DNA of 64,000 bases from Felis catus (Eukaryota). Positions 49,941 through 62,522 of this stretch are shown here, piece by piece. Every line of letters begins with the position of its first letter. The stretch's first letter is position 1. Under the pieces are notes generated by a model. The model did not search any database and was not told the DNA's origin. It saw nothing but the letters and a program-made list of their open reading frames with translations. Made by a program: the position numbers and the translations under genes. The stretch is from assembly GCF_018350175.1 (NCBI RefSeq), contig NC_058368.1, forward strand, positions 233,432,001 to 233,496,000. The letters run 5' to 3'.

Positions 49941-50071
49941 CTAAATAGGAATTTTTTAACAAACTAACTATGACTTCAAAGTGCTTCAATCGTGCACATT
50001 CTTTAATAGCAACAAAACTCCATAAAAGTTTTAATGGTGCATAAGGTGTCATTAAAAAGAAACTAACTTTA

Positions 50072-50285
50072 GGGGTGCCTGGGTGGCTCAGTTGCTTGAG
50101 CCTCCACTTTGGCTCAGGTCATGATCTTGTGGTTCCTAAGTTCGAGCTATGCGTTGGGTTCTGTGCTGACAGCTCAGAGCCTGGAGCCTGCTTCAGATTC
50201 TGTGTCTTCCTTTCTCTCTGCCCCTCCCCTGCTCTCTCTCTCTCTCTCTCTCTCTCAAAAACTGAATAAACATTTAAAAATTTTT
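50072..50285 (+). mobile_element. Can-SINE
   Basis: Full body; imperfect TSD around aaactaa. Confidence 0.93.
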
Positions 50286-50969
50286 AAAAAACTAATTTAA
50301 AAAAATCATTTGAGAAATACTTTAGGACCCTATTAGCAACTCCTTTACAGAGACAAATGAAGAACGTCCTTTAACAGCAGCTGGAAATGCTTGTTTATTT
50401 CTGCCAGCTAAATCACATTTATCAATTAAAATATTACTGCAAGTATGGAGAGGTGCCCGGTACATGGAGAGAACTACCCCAGAGGAGACGTGGAAGGAAG
50501 CAATGACATTGATTGCAACCCAGCAGAGAGAAGGTCACCAGGTGTGGCCTACAGTAAATAAACATCTCAAAATGACGCAGGCCTGGATATCATGCTTCAG
50601 TGATAAAATGACATCATTTGAAGAGCTAAAAATGGTAAGAAATGGACCCACAGTGTAAAAAGAAATGGTTTCCCATAAGAAGAATCTAAAAAACTGTTCC
50701 TTCCCCTCCCTCCCCTCTCTTCCCTCCCCTTTCTCTTGCCCTATCATCCCATTCTGTTTCACAAAACAGATCACAACCTATTCAGTACTAGCAATTCATC
50801 CAAACTCTTCCGTCCACATGATGGGCCAGAGCCTCCACATGACATTGGAGAGCTGCGCACCCCCCTCACTCCATCCTCCATCAGCAATGGGTGCGTACGG
50901 CTGCCTGGGCACCATATGGGCCGTAGCTCTGGGCCTTTGCTCGAGGTGGTCCCTCGTGAGTTCTGCTCC

Positions 50970-51285
50970 TCACTGCCCTGAGCCTCTCTTTCCTAACAGG
51001 GCGCGGATGTCACATGGCCTTCTCCGAGCAGCTTAGGCACGACCTCATCCGGGAAGGCCTTCTGCGTTCTCCTTGTGGGTTGATGTGGGAACCCCACCTC
51101 TGTGCTTCAGCCTCTCTGAGTATAGTCGAAACTCCCCATCTGTGTCCACATCTGCTCTCAGAGTATCAGCCCCATGGAGACACAGACCTGGTCTGAGTGG
51201 TTTGTATACCCATCAGTGGATTCAGGGTCTAGTACAACATAGACACTTGGTATAAGTTTAGTAATTGATGAATTACTGGCCATTT
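50970..51285 (+). mobile_element. L2 3' end relic
   Basis: tatcagccccatggagacacagacctggtctg...tctagtacaacatagacacttgg...tgatgaat resembles the L2 terminus. Confidence 0.55.
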
Positions 51286-51684
51286 CTGAAGGATTTATTG
51301 TGTTTCTGTCTTCGGGAGATAATGATCCTGAAAAGTTTGTTGTAGAACCTATAATTGTTCTTAAGATTTTCTGTTATTGAGACAGAACATTTCCAACCAC
51401 ATGGCATTTCCGTTTATCAAATATGGTCAGCAGAAAGTCACGAGGGAATAAGAGGCTCGATGACGCACTCTGTGGTTGGCCACATTGACAGAACAGACTG
51501 GTGAAAGATTTGGCTCTTTAAAACCACCTCCATGGCCTTTATGTCTTTTTTAGAAAAATGGGTTGATCAAGGGTTCAAATGAACTGACTGACCAAATGTT
51601 TTAATGGATTTGGATGCAACCTGGGTGATCTATAGAAAAATACTGAAATAGTTGCTTAAAGCTTGCAATAATAGTAGACAATCT

Positions 51685-51880
51685 GGGCGCGTGGATGGCT
51701 CAGTCAGTTTAGCGTTAGACTCTTGATTTTGGCTCAGGTCATGATCTCATGGCTTGTGAGTTCGAGCCCCATGCATGGAGCCTGCTTGGGATTCCCTCTC
51801 TCTCCCCCTCTCTCTGCCCCTCCTCTGCTTATGCTCTGCACCCTGCCCCCCAGCCTCAAAATAAATAAATAAACTTAAAA
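51685..51880 (+). mobile_element. Can-SINE (older type, internal deletion)
   Basis: TSD aat[a/t]atagtagacaatct. Confidence 0.93.
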
Positions 51881-52584
51881 AATTATAGTAGACAATCTCT
51901 TCCGTTTCAGAGGAACCCTAGTCATTTATAAAGTCAGGGCTCTGCATATTACTTTTTTTATTAAAAACAGTTTACACTTTCATGACAGGGGAAAAAAAAT
52001 CTCTCTAAGCCTTGGGAAGATTCCAAACCACAGCTGACGTGCTTCCCTGTGGTGCTTGGCTAATAGAGAATGAGGTGCTGAACAGGTGCAGAGGTCCAAA
52101 CACGGAGGAAAAATACAGACAAATGTTCTTTGATCCATGTTGCTGGTCCCTAAGAAAAACCTGAGATAATATGGCAAAATTCTATGTTCAAGCGTACCCT
52201 TTCTGTCCACCAGCTTAAAAACTTAGAACTCTTGCATTCATCCTCATTGTATGGCTTAATAAGGGGGAACAGAAATATTTGCCCTTGTATTATAGAAGAA
52301 CAAATAATTCCTGACATTTGCTGAGATGCCCTCTCTTTTCCTGCCCTTTATTGTAAGTGCAACAAAATAACCTATTACTGATTATTTTGTCAAATGCATA
52401 TGAGCTGAACAGATGACCTACACCAGGGAGACAATGTGGAAGCTCTTGGTCAAGGAGTGGCAGCTGACGGAGACACACAACCATTGCCTAATTTGAAGCT
52501 TAAATTTAGTTTAATAAGCAAGAGTTCTGGAAAGTTTCCTCAAATCTTTTAACATTACTGAGATTCTGGACGTGTGAGATAGTA

Positions 52585-53015
52585 CTTATGCATCTATGAC
52601 GGACGGATAAATAAAACGTGATATATACACACAATGGGATCTCATGCCACCATAAAAGGAATGAAGTATTGAGACATTGTGCAACGTGGATGAACCCTGA
52701 AAATGTGATACTATGTGAAACAAGCCACACTCTTAAACAATAAATATTGTGACTCCACTCATACAAAATATCCAGAAAAGGCACATTCATAGAGACAGAG
52801 AGTAGAATAGGAGTTACTAGGGGCTGGGAAGAGAGGGGAAGGGGAGTTCTTGCTTAATGGGTATGAAGTTTCTGCTTGGGAGACCACAAAGTCCTGGAAG
52901 TAGATAGTGGTGATGGCTGCACACATTTTAAATGTGCTTCATGCCACGGAATTGTACATGTCAACTTGTTAAAGGGCAACATTTATGCTATGTATATTTT
53001 ACCACAATAAAAAAA
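52585..53015 (+). mobile_element. Old L1 3' end (L1MB-like)
   Basis: aaaaggaatgaagtattg...tggatgaaccctgaaaa...atatattttaccacaataaaaaaa. Confidence 0.88.
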
Positions 53016-54346
53016 TAGAACAGAAAAAAATTACTGATGAACTGGTGACATGTGAATGCACAGAATGTAAACATTCTTTCTCTGAGAAGCTCTTCAACAT
53101 GCTGGAGTAAGGAAAACATAGCAGAACTGGAAAACAGTTGCTTCAAAAGCAGAAGTAAAATTTTAGTAAAAGGGTGGGTTTAATCCAATATATTACTCAT
53201 GCACACAATAAATATAGTTGTCCTTTACAAAGTCTTTCCACATCAACTGGAAAAAGAAATCCAGAAGAAAATGCTTTCCTTCACTAGAATCCATTTCATC
53301 CCGAGTTCAAAACTAACACTGGGGTTGCCTCCGGGGACAGGTTATAAATTTGAGAAAACCTATTAGCTTTACTGATTAGATTCACTCACATGGTCTAGAC
53401 CAATGGTGTCCGAAATAGTTCATTACTATGGGCACAAAGTAAAAATATTTTTCATGTCGGAGAAGACAAACGAGTTACTTATGGGAAGAAGCAGGAAGAA
53501 CAAGGTGATTCCCACATGATGGATTTTGGGTGGGAAGCAGACTAATCCTTCTTCAGTTCCACTTACTTCATCTGTCTCCCAATGCTGTTCTGCCCACAGT
53601 TGTCTAAGCTTGGGATCTGAACAACTGAGGCTTCCCACACTCAGTGGAGGCAGTGCGGGCTTCAGTATTTATTCCTGGACAGCCTTGGGAAAGCCCCCAC
53701 AAACATTGCAGGCCATTTCATCACATGACTAGTATATACAATGGCCAAACACGTGACTGCTTGACTTGTTGCTTTCTCACTGAAAGCCCCATTTACTCTG
53801 GGGCAAGGAGATGGAACATCAACCATAATTCCTGTCCTGTTTAGACTGAAAATGTGTGGAGGAGGGGGTAAAGTCACTCGACCAAAATAGGCAATCAAAA
53901 AACCCAATAAACTAAAATTTTTGAATCCTACAAACAACAAGCAAGAGCTTTTACCATTTGGAAGAATATTCTGGCTTCTACCAAAGGCATTATGAGAGCA
54001 TATTATGGCACTGGTATAAAAAATTAACTCTATACCTCACACTTTTAGCTGGTATTTGTCACCATAATATTATTCTATGTAAGTAAATTTTCTCTAAAAT
54101 TATGATGAAAACATACACTATGGACATAAACTGAAATTAAATTAACAGAACTGAGCACTTTTGACTAGATCCAGTAATTTTGGACTAGATTTTTATATTA
54201 ATTGTGGTCTGATGATAAAAACTACTTTCTCCCTGACACCCTGAGTTTAGCCATACTGTTTGCCAGAAATTGTTTATATAAAAGTATTTGAATCACAACA
54301 TTGTATACCTGAAACTAACATTACACTGTATGTTAACTAACCAGAG

Positions 54347-54587
54347 TATTTTATTAAATTTTTTATTAAAAATTTTTTAACGTTTATTTATCATTGAGAG
54401 AGAGAGAGAGGATGACAGAACATGAACAGGGGAGGGGCAAAGAGAGAGGGAGACACAGAATCTGAAACAGGCTCCAGGCTCCGAGCTGTCAGCACAGAGC
54501 CTGATGCGGGGCTCGAACCCACGAACCGTGAGATCATGACCTGAGCCGAAGTGAGACACTTAGCCAATTGAACTACCCAGGAACCCC
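54347..54587 (-). mobile_element. Can-SINE nested in a short plus-strand L1 3' tail (~54275-54633)
   Basis: TSD taactaaccaga at 54334-54345 and 54588-54599. Confidence 0.94.
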
Positions 54588-54965
54588 TAACTAACCAGAA
54601 TTTAAATAAAAACTTAAAAAAAAAAAAAAAAAAATTTTTGTCACATGATAAGAGCACAGACTTCAGCTCAGAGCAGATATTTAAATGAAAAAAAAAGTCA
54701 CTTTTGAAACCACCCAAACCATCCCTGCCCATAGATATCTATCTTCGTGTTGCTCTCCGCTAAGGCCAGTGGTAATAATACACTTGAAGAAGTCTTACTC
54801 TGGACCCAGTTACTCAGACACCAATAACTGAGTCTCTGAGCACTTACATTTAAATGCACAGTAATGTGTTTAATCCCAGTAGAGAGAAAAACAGAAACAG
54901 TCGTGAGCATTCTAACTTGAGAGTATTAAACAGTTAAAAAGGGTCCTACTGAGCATTACACTTAC

Positions 54966-55093
54966 TTTATGGCTTCACACATATCCAGTCCCATTTTCAC
55001 ACAATTCTTGGCATGGTTCGGGAGAGATATGGGGAGTCCGGACACGCAGTAGTAGCAGTCTCCCAAAATTTTTATTCTCATGCACTCATTCTC
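54966..55093 (-). CDS. ADCY2: ADCY2 exon ~7 (128 bp): [42 protein letters not shown](K); second metal-binding Asp
   Basis: Acceptor ttccag|, donor |gtaagt; KILGDCYY cyclase motif; frame continues from the previous exon. Confidence 0.98.
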
Positions 55094-55494
55094 CTGGAAG
55101 AAGAGATCACAGAATTGCACTCAGAGCTTACATCTGGTTTAGACTTTCCGAATATCATCAGGTGCTATTTCTACTGACACGGCGTGGCCGTCACCACGGT
55201 TTGTGGGGACAGAAATGACCAGCGGTTGGGTTTCCCTTCATCACCCAACAAGAATGAGCCACCCCATGGCCATTTGCTGAAGCAGGAAGACTAAGGGAAA
55301 GGGGAAGGAAAGGAAAGCAGAGAGAATACTCTGGAATGATTTACACTTAACAGCAGCAGAAGAGTATAAGATCATTCTCTTCAGTCCAAACATCTCAAAT
55401 ACTGATGGTGAAGTGAAATAGTCCAAGGAAAGTAAATGATGACTGGAACTTGACTGGAATTACAATCTCATGTCATTTCCTACTACACTCATGG

Positions 55495-55710
55495 TTTTTA
55501 TTTTATTTTATTTTATTTTTAAATTTTTAATGTTTATTTTTGAGAGGGAGAGAGAGAGAGAGACAGAAACAGAGGGAGACACAGAATTTGAAGCAGGCTC
55601 CAGGCTCTGAGTTAGCACAGAGTCTATTGCGGGGCTCGAACCTACAAACTGTGACATCATGCCCTGAGCCGAAGTCAGACAGTTAGCCAACTGAGCCACC
55701 CAGGTGCCCC
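55495..55710 (-). mobile_element. Can-SINE
   Basis: Full body with T-rich tail. Confidence 0.93.
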
Positions 55711-56403
55711 TTCATTTATTTTAAAACTGAAGTAGATTCTTACCTGCAGAATATAGCTTCTGATAAACATCTCCGCAATACAAAAAGTTACCATCCAACA
55801 TGGCCAAGTAATTTCAAATGTAATTCTGACCTCAGGTTAAACTTTTGATACAAAGTTGGACTCGTTATTTTTCATGCCTCAGTTGTTCTTATATTATGAT
55901 ATTGAGATTAACTTCATTCATATGCATTAATCCTACATGCATTTCTAACTTTTCTAGTTACTTTACAGACTCACCACTAAGGAAAAGAGAAAAGTAAAGA
56001 AAAAAGAACCAAAAACCAAAAGATACGCCAAACACAGTTTTTTTGTTCTTTCGTAACACTAACACAGGCTTGCATATAAACTGAACAAATCTGAAATAAT
56101 AAAAACGAACATAACATTTTCTTGTTCTCAAGTAGATGTTAGGTTTCTTGAAGATTCTTCATATTTCTTTCCCTGTCTGATAGAGAATGCACAAGTTAGG
56201 GCATATTTTCATACTTTTCTATGGAGCTTGGTAATTTCTGATTACAAATATCATTAAGTAATAAAAAGGCAAGCAATTATGTATTAATAGGGCTTCTGTC
56301 TCATACTTCCTAAATACGTATCCTGAATCTTGAAAACACCAAGTTTAATAAAAGTGAATTCTTGGCATCCTTATCAAAGATCAGTTGACTACATATTCAG
56401 TTG

Positions 56404-56406
<3 letters not shown>

Positions 56407-56434
<28 letters not shown>

Positions 56435-56464
56435 GTCTATATATATATATATATATATATATAC
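56407..56464. repeat. Interrupted (TA)n microsatellite
   Basis: Direct observation. Confidence 0.95.
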
Positions 56465-56585
56465 ATCTTATGTATATATAAGATATAACTTATCTTTGAT
56501 AAGTTTAATCAAATATGTTTGTTTATTTATTTATTTATTTATTTATTTCTGGGCTCTTGATTCTGTTCCATTGGTCTGTATGTCT

Positions 56586-56607
56586 TTTTTTTTAATGATT
56601 TATTTAT

Positions 56608-56639
<32 letters not shown>

Positions 56640-56844
56640 TTATTTATTTGAGAGAGAGAGAGAGAGAGAGACAGCGAGCATAAGCAGGGGAGGGGCGGAG
56701 AGAGAGGGAGACACAGAATCCAAAGCAGGCTCCAGACTCTGAGCTGCCAGCACAGAGCCCGATGCGGGGCTCGAACCCACGAAGCGTGAGATCATGACCT
56801 GAGCTGCAGTCAGACGCTCAACCGACTGAGCCACCCAGGCGCCC
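56586..56844 (-). mobile_element. Can-SINE with (TATC)n/(TTTA)n tail
   Basis: TSD tgtatgtct; full body. Confidence 0.94.
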
Positions 56845-57271
56845 TTGTATGTCTGTTCTTAATGCCAGTATCCTACTGCTTGGATTCTGTATCTTCACAA
56901 TACATTTTGAAAACAGGAAGTGCGATGCCTCCAGCTTTGTTCTTCTCGCTTCAAAGTGCTTCGGCTCTTTGGGGTCTTTTGTGGTTCGATATGAATTTTA
57001 GATTGTTTTTCTGTTTCTGTAAGAAACGCCCCTGGGATTTTTATAGGAATTGCGTTGAATCTGGAGATGCTGTGGGTAGGAAGCACGTTTTAGCAATATT
57101 AGTTCTTCCAACCCTTAAACATGAAATGTCATTCTACTTATCTGTCATTTTAGATTTCTTTTTTCATCCATGTTTTATAGTTCTCAGCGTACAGGTCATC
57201 CACCTGCTTGGCTAAGTTTATTCCTACGTATTTTATTCTTTTTGATGCGAATGTAAATGGGACTATTTTCT

Positions 57272-57478
57272 TCCAACGTTTTTATTTATTTTTGGGACAG
57301 AGAGAGACAGAGCATGAACGGGGGAGGGGCAGAGAGAGAGGGAGACACAGAATCGGAAACAGGCTCCAGGCTCCGAGCCATCAGCCCAGAGCCTGATGCG
57401 GGGCTCGAACTCACGGACTGCGAGATCGTGACCTGGCTGAAGTCGGACGCTTAACCGACTGCGCCACCCAGGCGCCCC
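57272..57478 (-). mobile_element. Young SINEC_Fc-type SINE
   Basis: TSD ctattttcttc. Confidence 0.96.
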
Positions 57479-57892
57479 TATTTTCTTCATTTCCTTCTCA
57501 GACACTTCACTATCAGCATAAAGGAATGGAACTCATTTTTGTACACTGATTTTGTATCTTGCAACTTTACCAAACTCATCTATAAGCTCTAACAGATTTT
57601 GTGGACATTTAAGGGTTTCCTGTACACAAGGTGATACAAGGGAAACAGATAATTTTACTTCTTCCTTTCTGATTTGGGTGCCTTTTATTTCTTTTTCTTG
57701 CCTAATTGGTCTGGCTAGGACTTCCAGTACTATGGTGAACAGAAGTGGTGAGAGCAGACATCCTTGCCATGTTCCCAATCTTGGAAGAAAAGCTACCTCT
57801 TCTCCTCCATTGAGTATAAAGTTAGCCATAGGCTTTCATATATGGTTTTATTGTGTTGAGGTGAGTTTCTTCTATATGTTATGAGTTAAGAG

Positions 57893-58106
57893 GTTTTTTT
57901 AAAAATGTTTATTTATTCAGTTTGAGAGAAAGAGAACATGCATGAGTTGGGGAGGAACTGAGAGAGAGAGGGAGAGAATCCCAAGCAGACTCCACACTTA
58001 TCACTGCAGAGCCTGATGCGTGGCTCAATCTCACGAACCAGGATAGCATGTCCTGAGCTGAAGTCAAGAGTCAGACGCTTTTCCTGACCGAGCCACCCAG
58101 GTGCCT
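57893..58106 (-). mobile_element. Can-SINE (older type)
   Basis: Diverged body; imperfect TSD agttaag...ttttt. Confidence 0.9.
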
Positions 58107-58498
58107 CTAGTTAAGTTTTTATCATGAGAGGGTATTTAATTTTATCAAGAGCATTTTCTGCATCTATTGAAACGATCATGTAATTTTTATCCTTCATTCT
58201 GTTAATGTGGTCTATCGTGCTGATTGATTTGTGTGTTGAACGATCCTTGCATCCCAAGAATAAATCCAAATTAGTCATTGTGTCTGGTCCTTTTCATGTG
58301 CCTTTTAACTCAGTTTGCTAAGTGAAATAAGCCTGACTTTATTTAGGATATCCAGAGGGTAGATAGGGCATGATCTCACTTGTATGAGGGATCTAGGATA
58401 GTCAAGTTCACAAAAGTAGAGAGTAGAAAGGTGGTTGCCAGGCCTAGGGGAAGGAGAAAATAGGGTGGTGTCAGTCATAGGGTACACAGTTTTTGTTA

Positions 58499-58707
58499 AT
58501 TTTTTTTCCATTTATTCATTTTTGAGAGAAAGAGACAGCGCACAAGCGGGGTAGGGGCAGAGGGAGAGGGAGACCCAGAATCCGAAGCAGGCTCCGGGCT
58601 CCGAGCTGTCAGCCCAGAGCCCGACGCGGGGCTCGAACCCACAGACCGTGAGATCATGACCTGAGCCGAAGTCGGACGCCCAACCGACCGAGCCACCCAG
58701 GCGCCCC
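58499..58707 (-). mobile_element. Can-SINE
   Basis: TSD agggtac(ac)agtttttgtta. Confidence 0.95.
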
Positions 58708-59306
58708 AGGGTACAGTTTTTGTTACATAAGATGAGTCAGTGCTAGGGATCTACTGTATAGCATAGTGTCTATAGTTAACAATACTGGGCTGTAAACTTA
58801 AAACTGTGCTAAGAAGGCAGAACTTATGTTAAGTGTTTTAGGCACATCATCATCGATCAGAAATAAGGAGGACAAAAGGAGACTTTTGTATGTGGTGGGT
58901 TTGTGAATGGCACAGACTGTGGTGACGGTTTCCCAGGTGTATGCTTATCCCCAGGCTCATTACATGTCACATATTAAATATGTATAGTTTTTGGCAATAT
59001 GTCAATTATACCTCAAGAAAGTGGTTAAAATGTTTTAAAAAGTAACAGTGAATGACCCATGATTTGGAGTTCCTTAGTTCAGTTATGTGCTTTATGTAGA
59101 ATTCACTCAGTTGATTGAGCCGTTTGCTTACGATGCTGGCCACCTCCAAGTTATTTAACCACGAGGCATGAACTGGTACCCAAAACATGCTCCCTCTGTG
59201 ACCAACAGTGGATGGACCAGGCCATCCTAGGCTGTACCCTGGTATTGCCTGGACATTCCTTTGTTAAAATCATCAGAGAGGAACAGGAAGTCACAGTAAG
59301 TACTTC

Positions 59307-59535
59307 TGTTATGAGCAATGAGTTCTGTCTTCCCTAATTTTGTATGTTGAAGTTCTAACACCTGGTACCTCTGAACTTGACCTCATTACAGATATAACTA
59401 ATTAAGAGGAGGTCATACAGGAGTTGGGTGGGCGGCTAATCCACTGTGATTGGTGTCCTTATAAAAAGGGGAGATACTGACACTGAGACTTGCACAGAGG
59501 AAGAATGCCATGTTAACACTGGAGTAATGCTATCA
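59307..59535 (+). mobile_element. MaLR LTR fragment (MLT1B/C-like)
   Basis: tgttatg...tatgttgaagttctaac...tggtgtccttataaaaagggg...gaagaatgccatgt. Confidence 0.82.
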
Positions 59536-59647
59536 CCCACCCAGACTGGCATGTTTCTTCCTAATGTGACAAAAACGATCTTTTATTAATTCAAACTTTT
59601 AAGACATTATTTATGTTTTAAACAATCTTCTAAAACATGAGCATCCA

Positions 59648-59860
59648 GGGGCGCCTGGGTGGCTTGGCTGGTTAAGCATCCGACTTTGGCTCAGGTCATG
59701 ATCTCATGGATTCGAGCCCCACATTGGGCTCTGTGTGGACAGCTCGGGGCCTGGAGCCTGCTTGGGATTCTGTGTCTCCCTCTCTCTCTGCTCCTCGCCT
59801 GCTTGTGCTGTATCTCTCTCTGAAAAATGAGTAAACATAAAAAAGTTTATAAAAAAAAAT
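59648..59860 (+). mobile_element. Can-SINE
   Basis: Full body; imperfect TSD atgagcatcca/ataagtatcca. Confidence 0.93.
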
Positions 59861-60918
59861 AAGTATCCAAAAAAACTCAACTTTTTCCTTTGGTTTGGTA
59901 AAGGAAGAAAGCAGTGCTACTCTCTGATTTTTTAAAATCCCCAGGGAGATCCACCATGGCCAGGCAGGCAGCATAAGGCATCTCCTGGGGAGCCTGACCC
60001 AGGAGTGACTCTGTGAACATCAACACGCCACATTTATTCCAAAGAGGCTTGGGTGGAATGTTCTGTATGGTTTAAAAGTGAGGTGAATCTTGCAGCGAAC
60101 TAAATTTGGGACCAATTCTGTCTTCCCTCTATAAATAATTCATTTCAATAAGCATAATGAAGTCTTTTTTGCTGGAAACAATTCCAAGAGAGAATGAGGC
60201 TGACCAGTAATGTGTTATGAGATGGAAGTAAAGGGCTAGCAAGGAAGAAAACAGTGTTTATCGCTCTTCCCACAAGGAACCCTAATGGTTCCAGCAGATA
60301 CGCGAGTTGTAGTTTGGATTTCAGATTACCTGTCGCCATTTCCTCTCGGTGAAATTTCCCACCCACGAGCAAATGAATGGCAAACAGTGAACTTACATTT
60401 CTGTTCAGGGGGCACAAGGGTTAATGGATATGAGTGAAACAACAGTAAATAAAGGGCTTAGGTGGAAAATAGGCATCCTATTTATTCTAGGGGTTCTTCC
60501 AGAGTGCTGGCTACATGAATTACAACTGGACGGGTTACAACTGGATGAGGGGCAATCACGTTTCCAACTCCTGACATCGAAATGCCTAAAAAGAGAAGCC
60601 TAGAACAGCACCGTGCAGAAGGGTGTGCATCTTAAATCTTACCATCTTGAACGTATTTACTATATGTGTGTTGAGTTCTGTATAAGCAGAAGTTTTAAAT
60701 ATAGATGCAAACCTGCTAATTCTGTGCTACAACGTTTCTCATCCCCCAAGAAAGGGCCGAGGCTCATCAGGGCCCAATGGCAAGTATAACCAATGAATGT
60801 ATAAACACCATTCCTAAACAGTGCTTTACGCAAAAGCCAAAGGTTGATAAGGGACCAGAGAAAAAGTGAGCCAAGATTTTATAAATCCTCCAAGTGGAAG
60901 GGACTCACTAACACTCAC

Positions 60919-61030
60919 CTTTGCAATTTGATCGAACTTTCCAAAGAGTTCGTTCAGCATGTGGACCAGCTCTCCTGGGGAGCAGTCACTGGCCAACCGG
61001 GTGAAGCCAACGATGTCTGCGTACAGGATA
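60919..61030 (-). CDS. ADCY2: ADCY2 exon ~6 (112 bp): (S)[38 protein letters not shown]1a domain with first metal-binding Asp
   Basis: Manual translation of the reverse complement; acceptor cccacag|, donor |gtgagt; class III cyclase ADIVGFT motif. Confidence 0.98.
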
Positions 61031-61988
61031 CTGTGGGAGGAAGGGGGGCAGCGTGTGCAGGTTTATACTTGTTAAGAAGTAATGATACTTTTGTCCATTA
61101 AAACAGTATATACCTTTATTTAACATCTACATTTATATTTTATAAGAAAAACGGCATCTCCCCAGATAGGAAATTCATACACATTTTGCCAAACTCTCCC
61201 ATTAAAAATGTTTTCTTTGATGCTGAGTTTTTATAATTAAAATGGGAGAAGAAAAAGTCACATGGCACACTTTGTCCATTCTAGTCCATTCGGACTGATC
61301 ACCTTTATTCCTTCATCGCCAGTCCCACCCTCCCTCCCTGGTTCATGAGGTGTTCGCCCTGAGAGTTCATGACACTGGCCTGATTCAGATTATCAATGGA
61401 GTATGCTTCTGTTTGCTTGTATAAGAGCCTGAGAAAGAAGTCTAAAATTCCTGCTGGCAGTTTGAGATTCAGGATTTGGGAAGCAACGGGTAGCTGCGAC
61501 CCTCATATCTGTAAATTCCTCTCCTCCTCATTATTATTAACATTATTATCATCATCACTAGGGAGTAAAGAGCTAGTATGTATTAACAGAGAAGAAACAT
61601 TTTGTTGAATGAATGGCTGAAGCAGAACTAAAAGTTAACTGATCTTTACTGTGTACAAAACGAACAATTCTCATTGAAAAAAATTAAAAAAACCCTCCGG
61701 TATCACCTGGACTCTCTGTAATATCCACATACCATGTCTGCCTCTTTGCTTATGTCTGGCCCGTCCAGGGTGAAAAAGCCATACGTTTTCATATGTCTTA
61801 TGAAAATAATTTGTACTCCGTGCCATTTATGTATGCTTTTACCTTTTTTTAAGTTTTAGGTATTTAAGTTACTTAAGCGTCCCGACTATCCCTTATAAAT
61901 TTAAATGGAATCCGACACTGCAAACGTGTCCCAGACAATCTCTGAAGGCACCTCCTCAAGCTGCTTCGCCGACCCTTTGCCTCCACCG

Positions 61989-62522
61989 TGTGGTAGTCAG
62001 CTTCCAAGATGGCGCCAGCGAGCCTCACTTCCTGGTACTTACATTCTTGTACTGTCCCTCCCCCACACAGGGACTCGCATAGGGGTGACCTGCGTCATCA
62101 AAAGGATGCTGCAGAAATTCGAGAAATGGCTTCCAAAGGCTAGAACGTAAAAGAATTGCAGTTTCCCCCTGACTCTCTCTTGGATCCCTTGCTCTGGGGA
62201 AGTGAGCTTTTGTGTTGTAAGAGCGCTCAAGCAACCTACGAACAGGCCCAGGGATGAGGAACTGAGGCCTCCAGCCAACAGTTGGGATAAACTGCAAATT
62301 ATCTGAGGGGCCACCTCGGAGGCAGATCCCCGCCCCCCCCCCCCCCCCCAGCAGCCTGCCCAATGGCAGGCCTGAATCCTCACAAGAGAGTGTAAGGCAG
62401 AACCACCAGGCTAAGTTGCTCTCAAAGTCTGACAAACAGAAACTGTGAGATGGTGTCTATTGATGTTTTACACCACGAGGTCTGGGGGATACTCTGTTAC
62501 GCAGAAAGTGCTAACTAAGACA
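61989..62522 (+). mobile_element. MaLR solo LTR (MLT1F-like), near full length
   Basis: Starts tgtggtagtcagcttccaagatggc, contains gaggaactgaggcctccagccaaca and cagaaactgtgaga, ends aactaagaca. Confidence 0.85.

Larger units (their letters stand above)
56362..59030. mobile_element. L1 with ORF2 on minus (56362-58320) and 3' end on plus (58321-59030); hosts four SINEs
   Basis: ORFs 56895..57086 and 57533..57829 are L1 ORF2 RT-region peptides ([18 protein letters not shown]); plus piece runs agtgaaataagcc...gtcaattatacctcaa. Confidence 0.88.

Noticed and set aside
54095..54160. ATGATGA...CTGA resembling a C/D box snoRNA
   Set aside because: Antisense to the host transcript and no convincing terminal stem at a normal snoRNA length.
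267..59974. Many 60-150 aa ORFs sharing peptides such as SAQVMISRFVGSSPASGSVLTARSLEPASDSVSPSLS or RETEHERGRGRERGRHRI, superficially a repeated protein family
   Set aside because: All are translations of Can-SINE copies in different frames, not genes.
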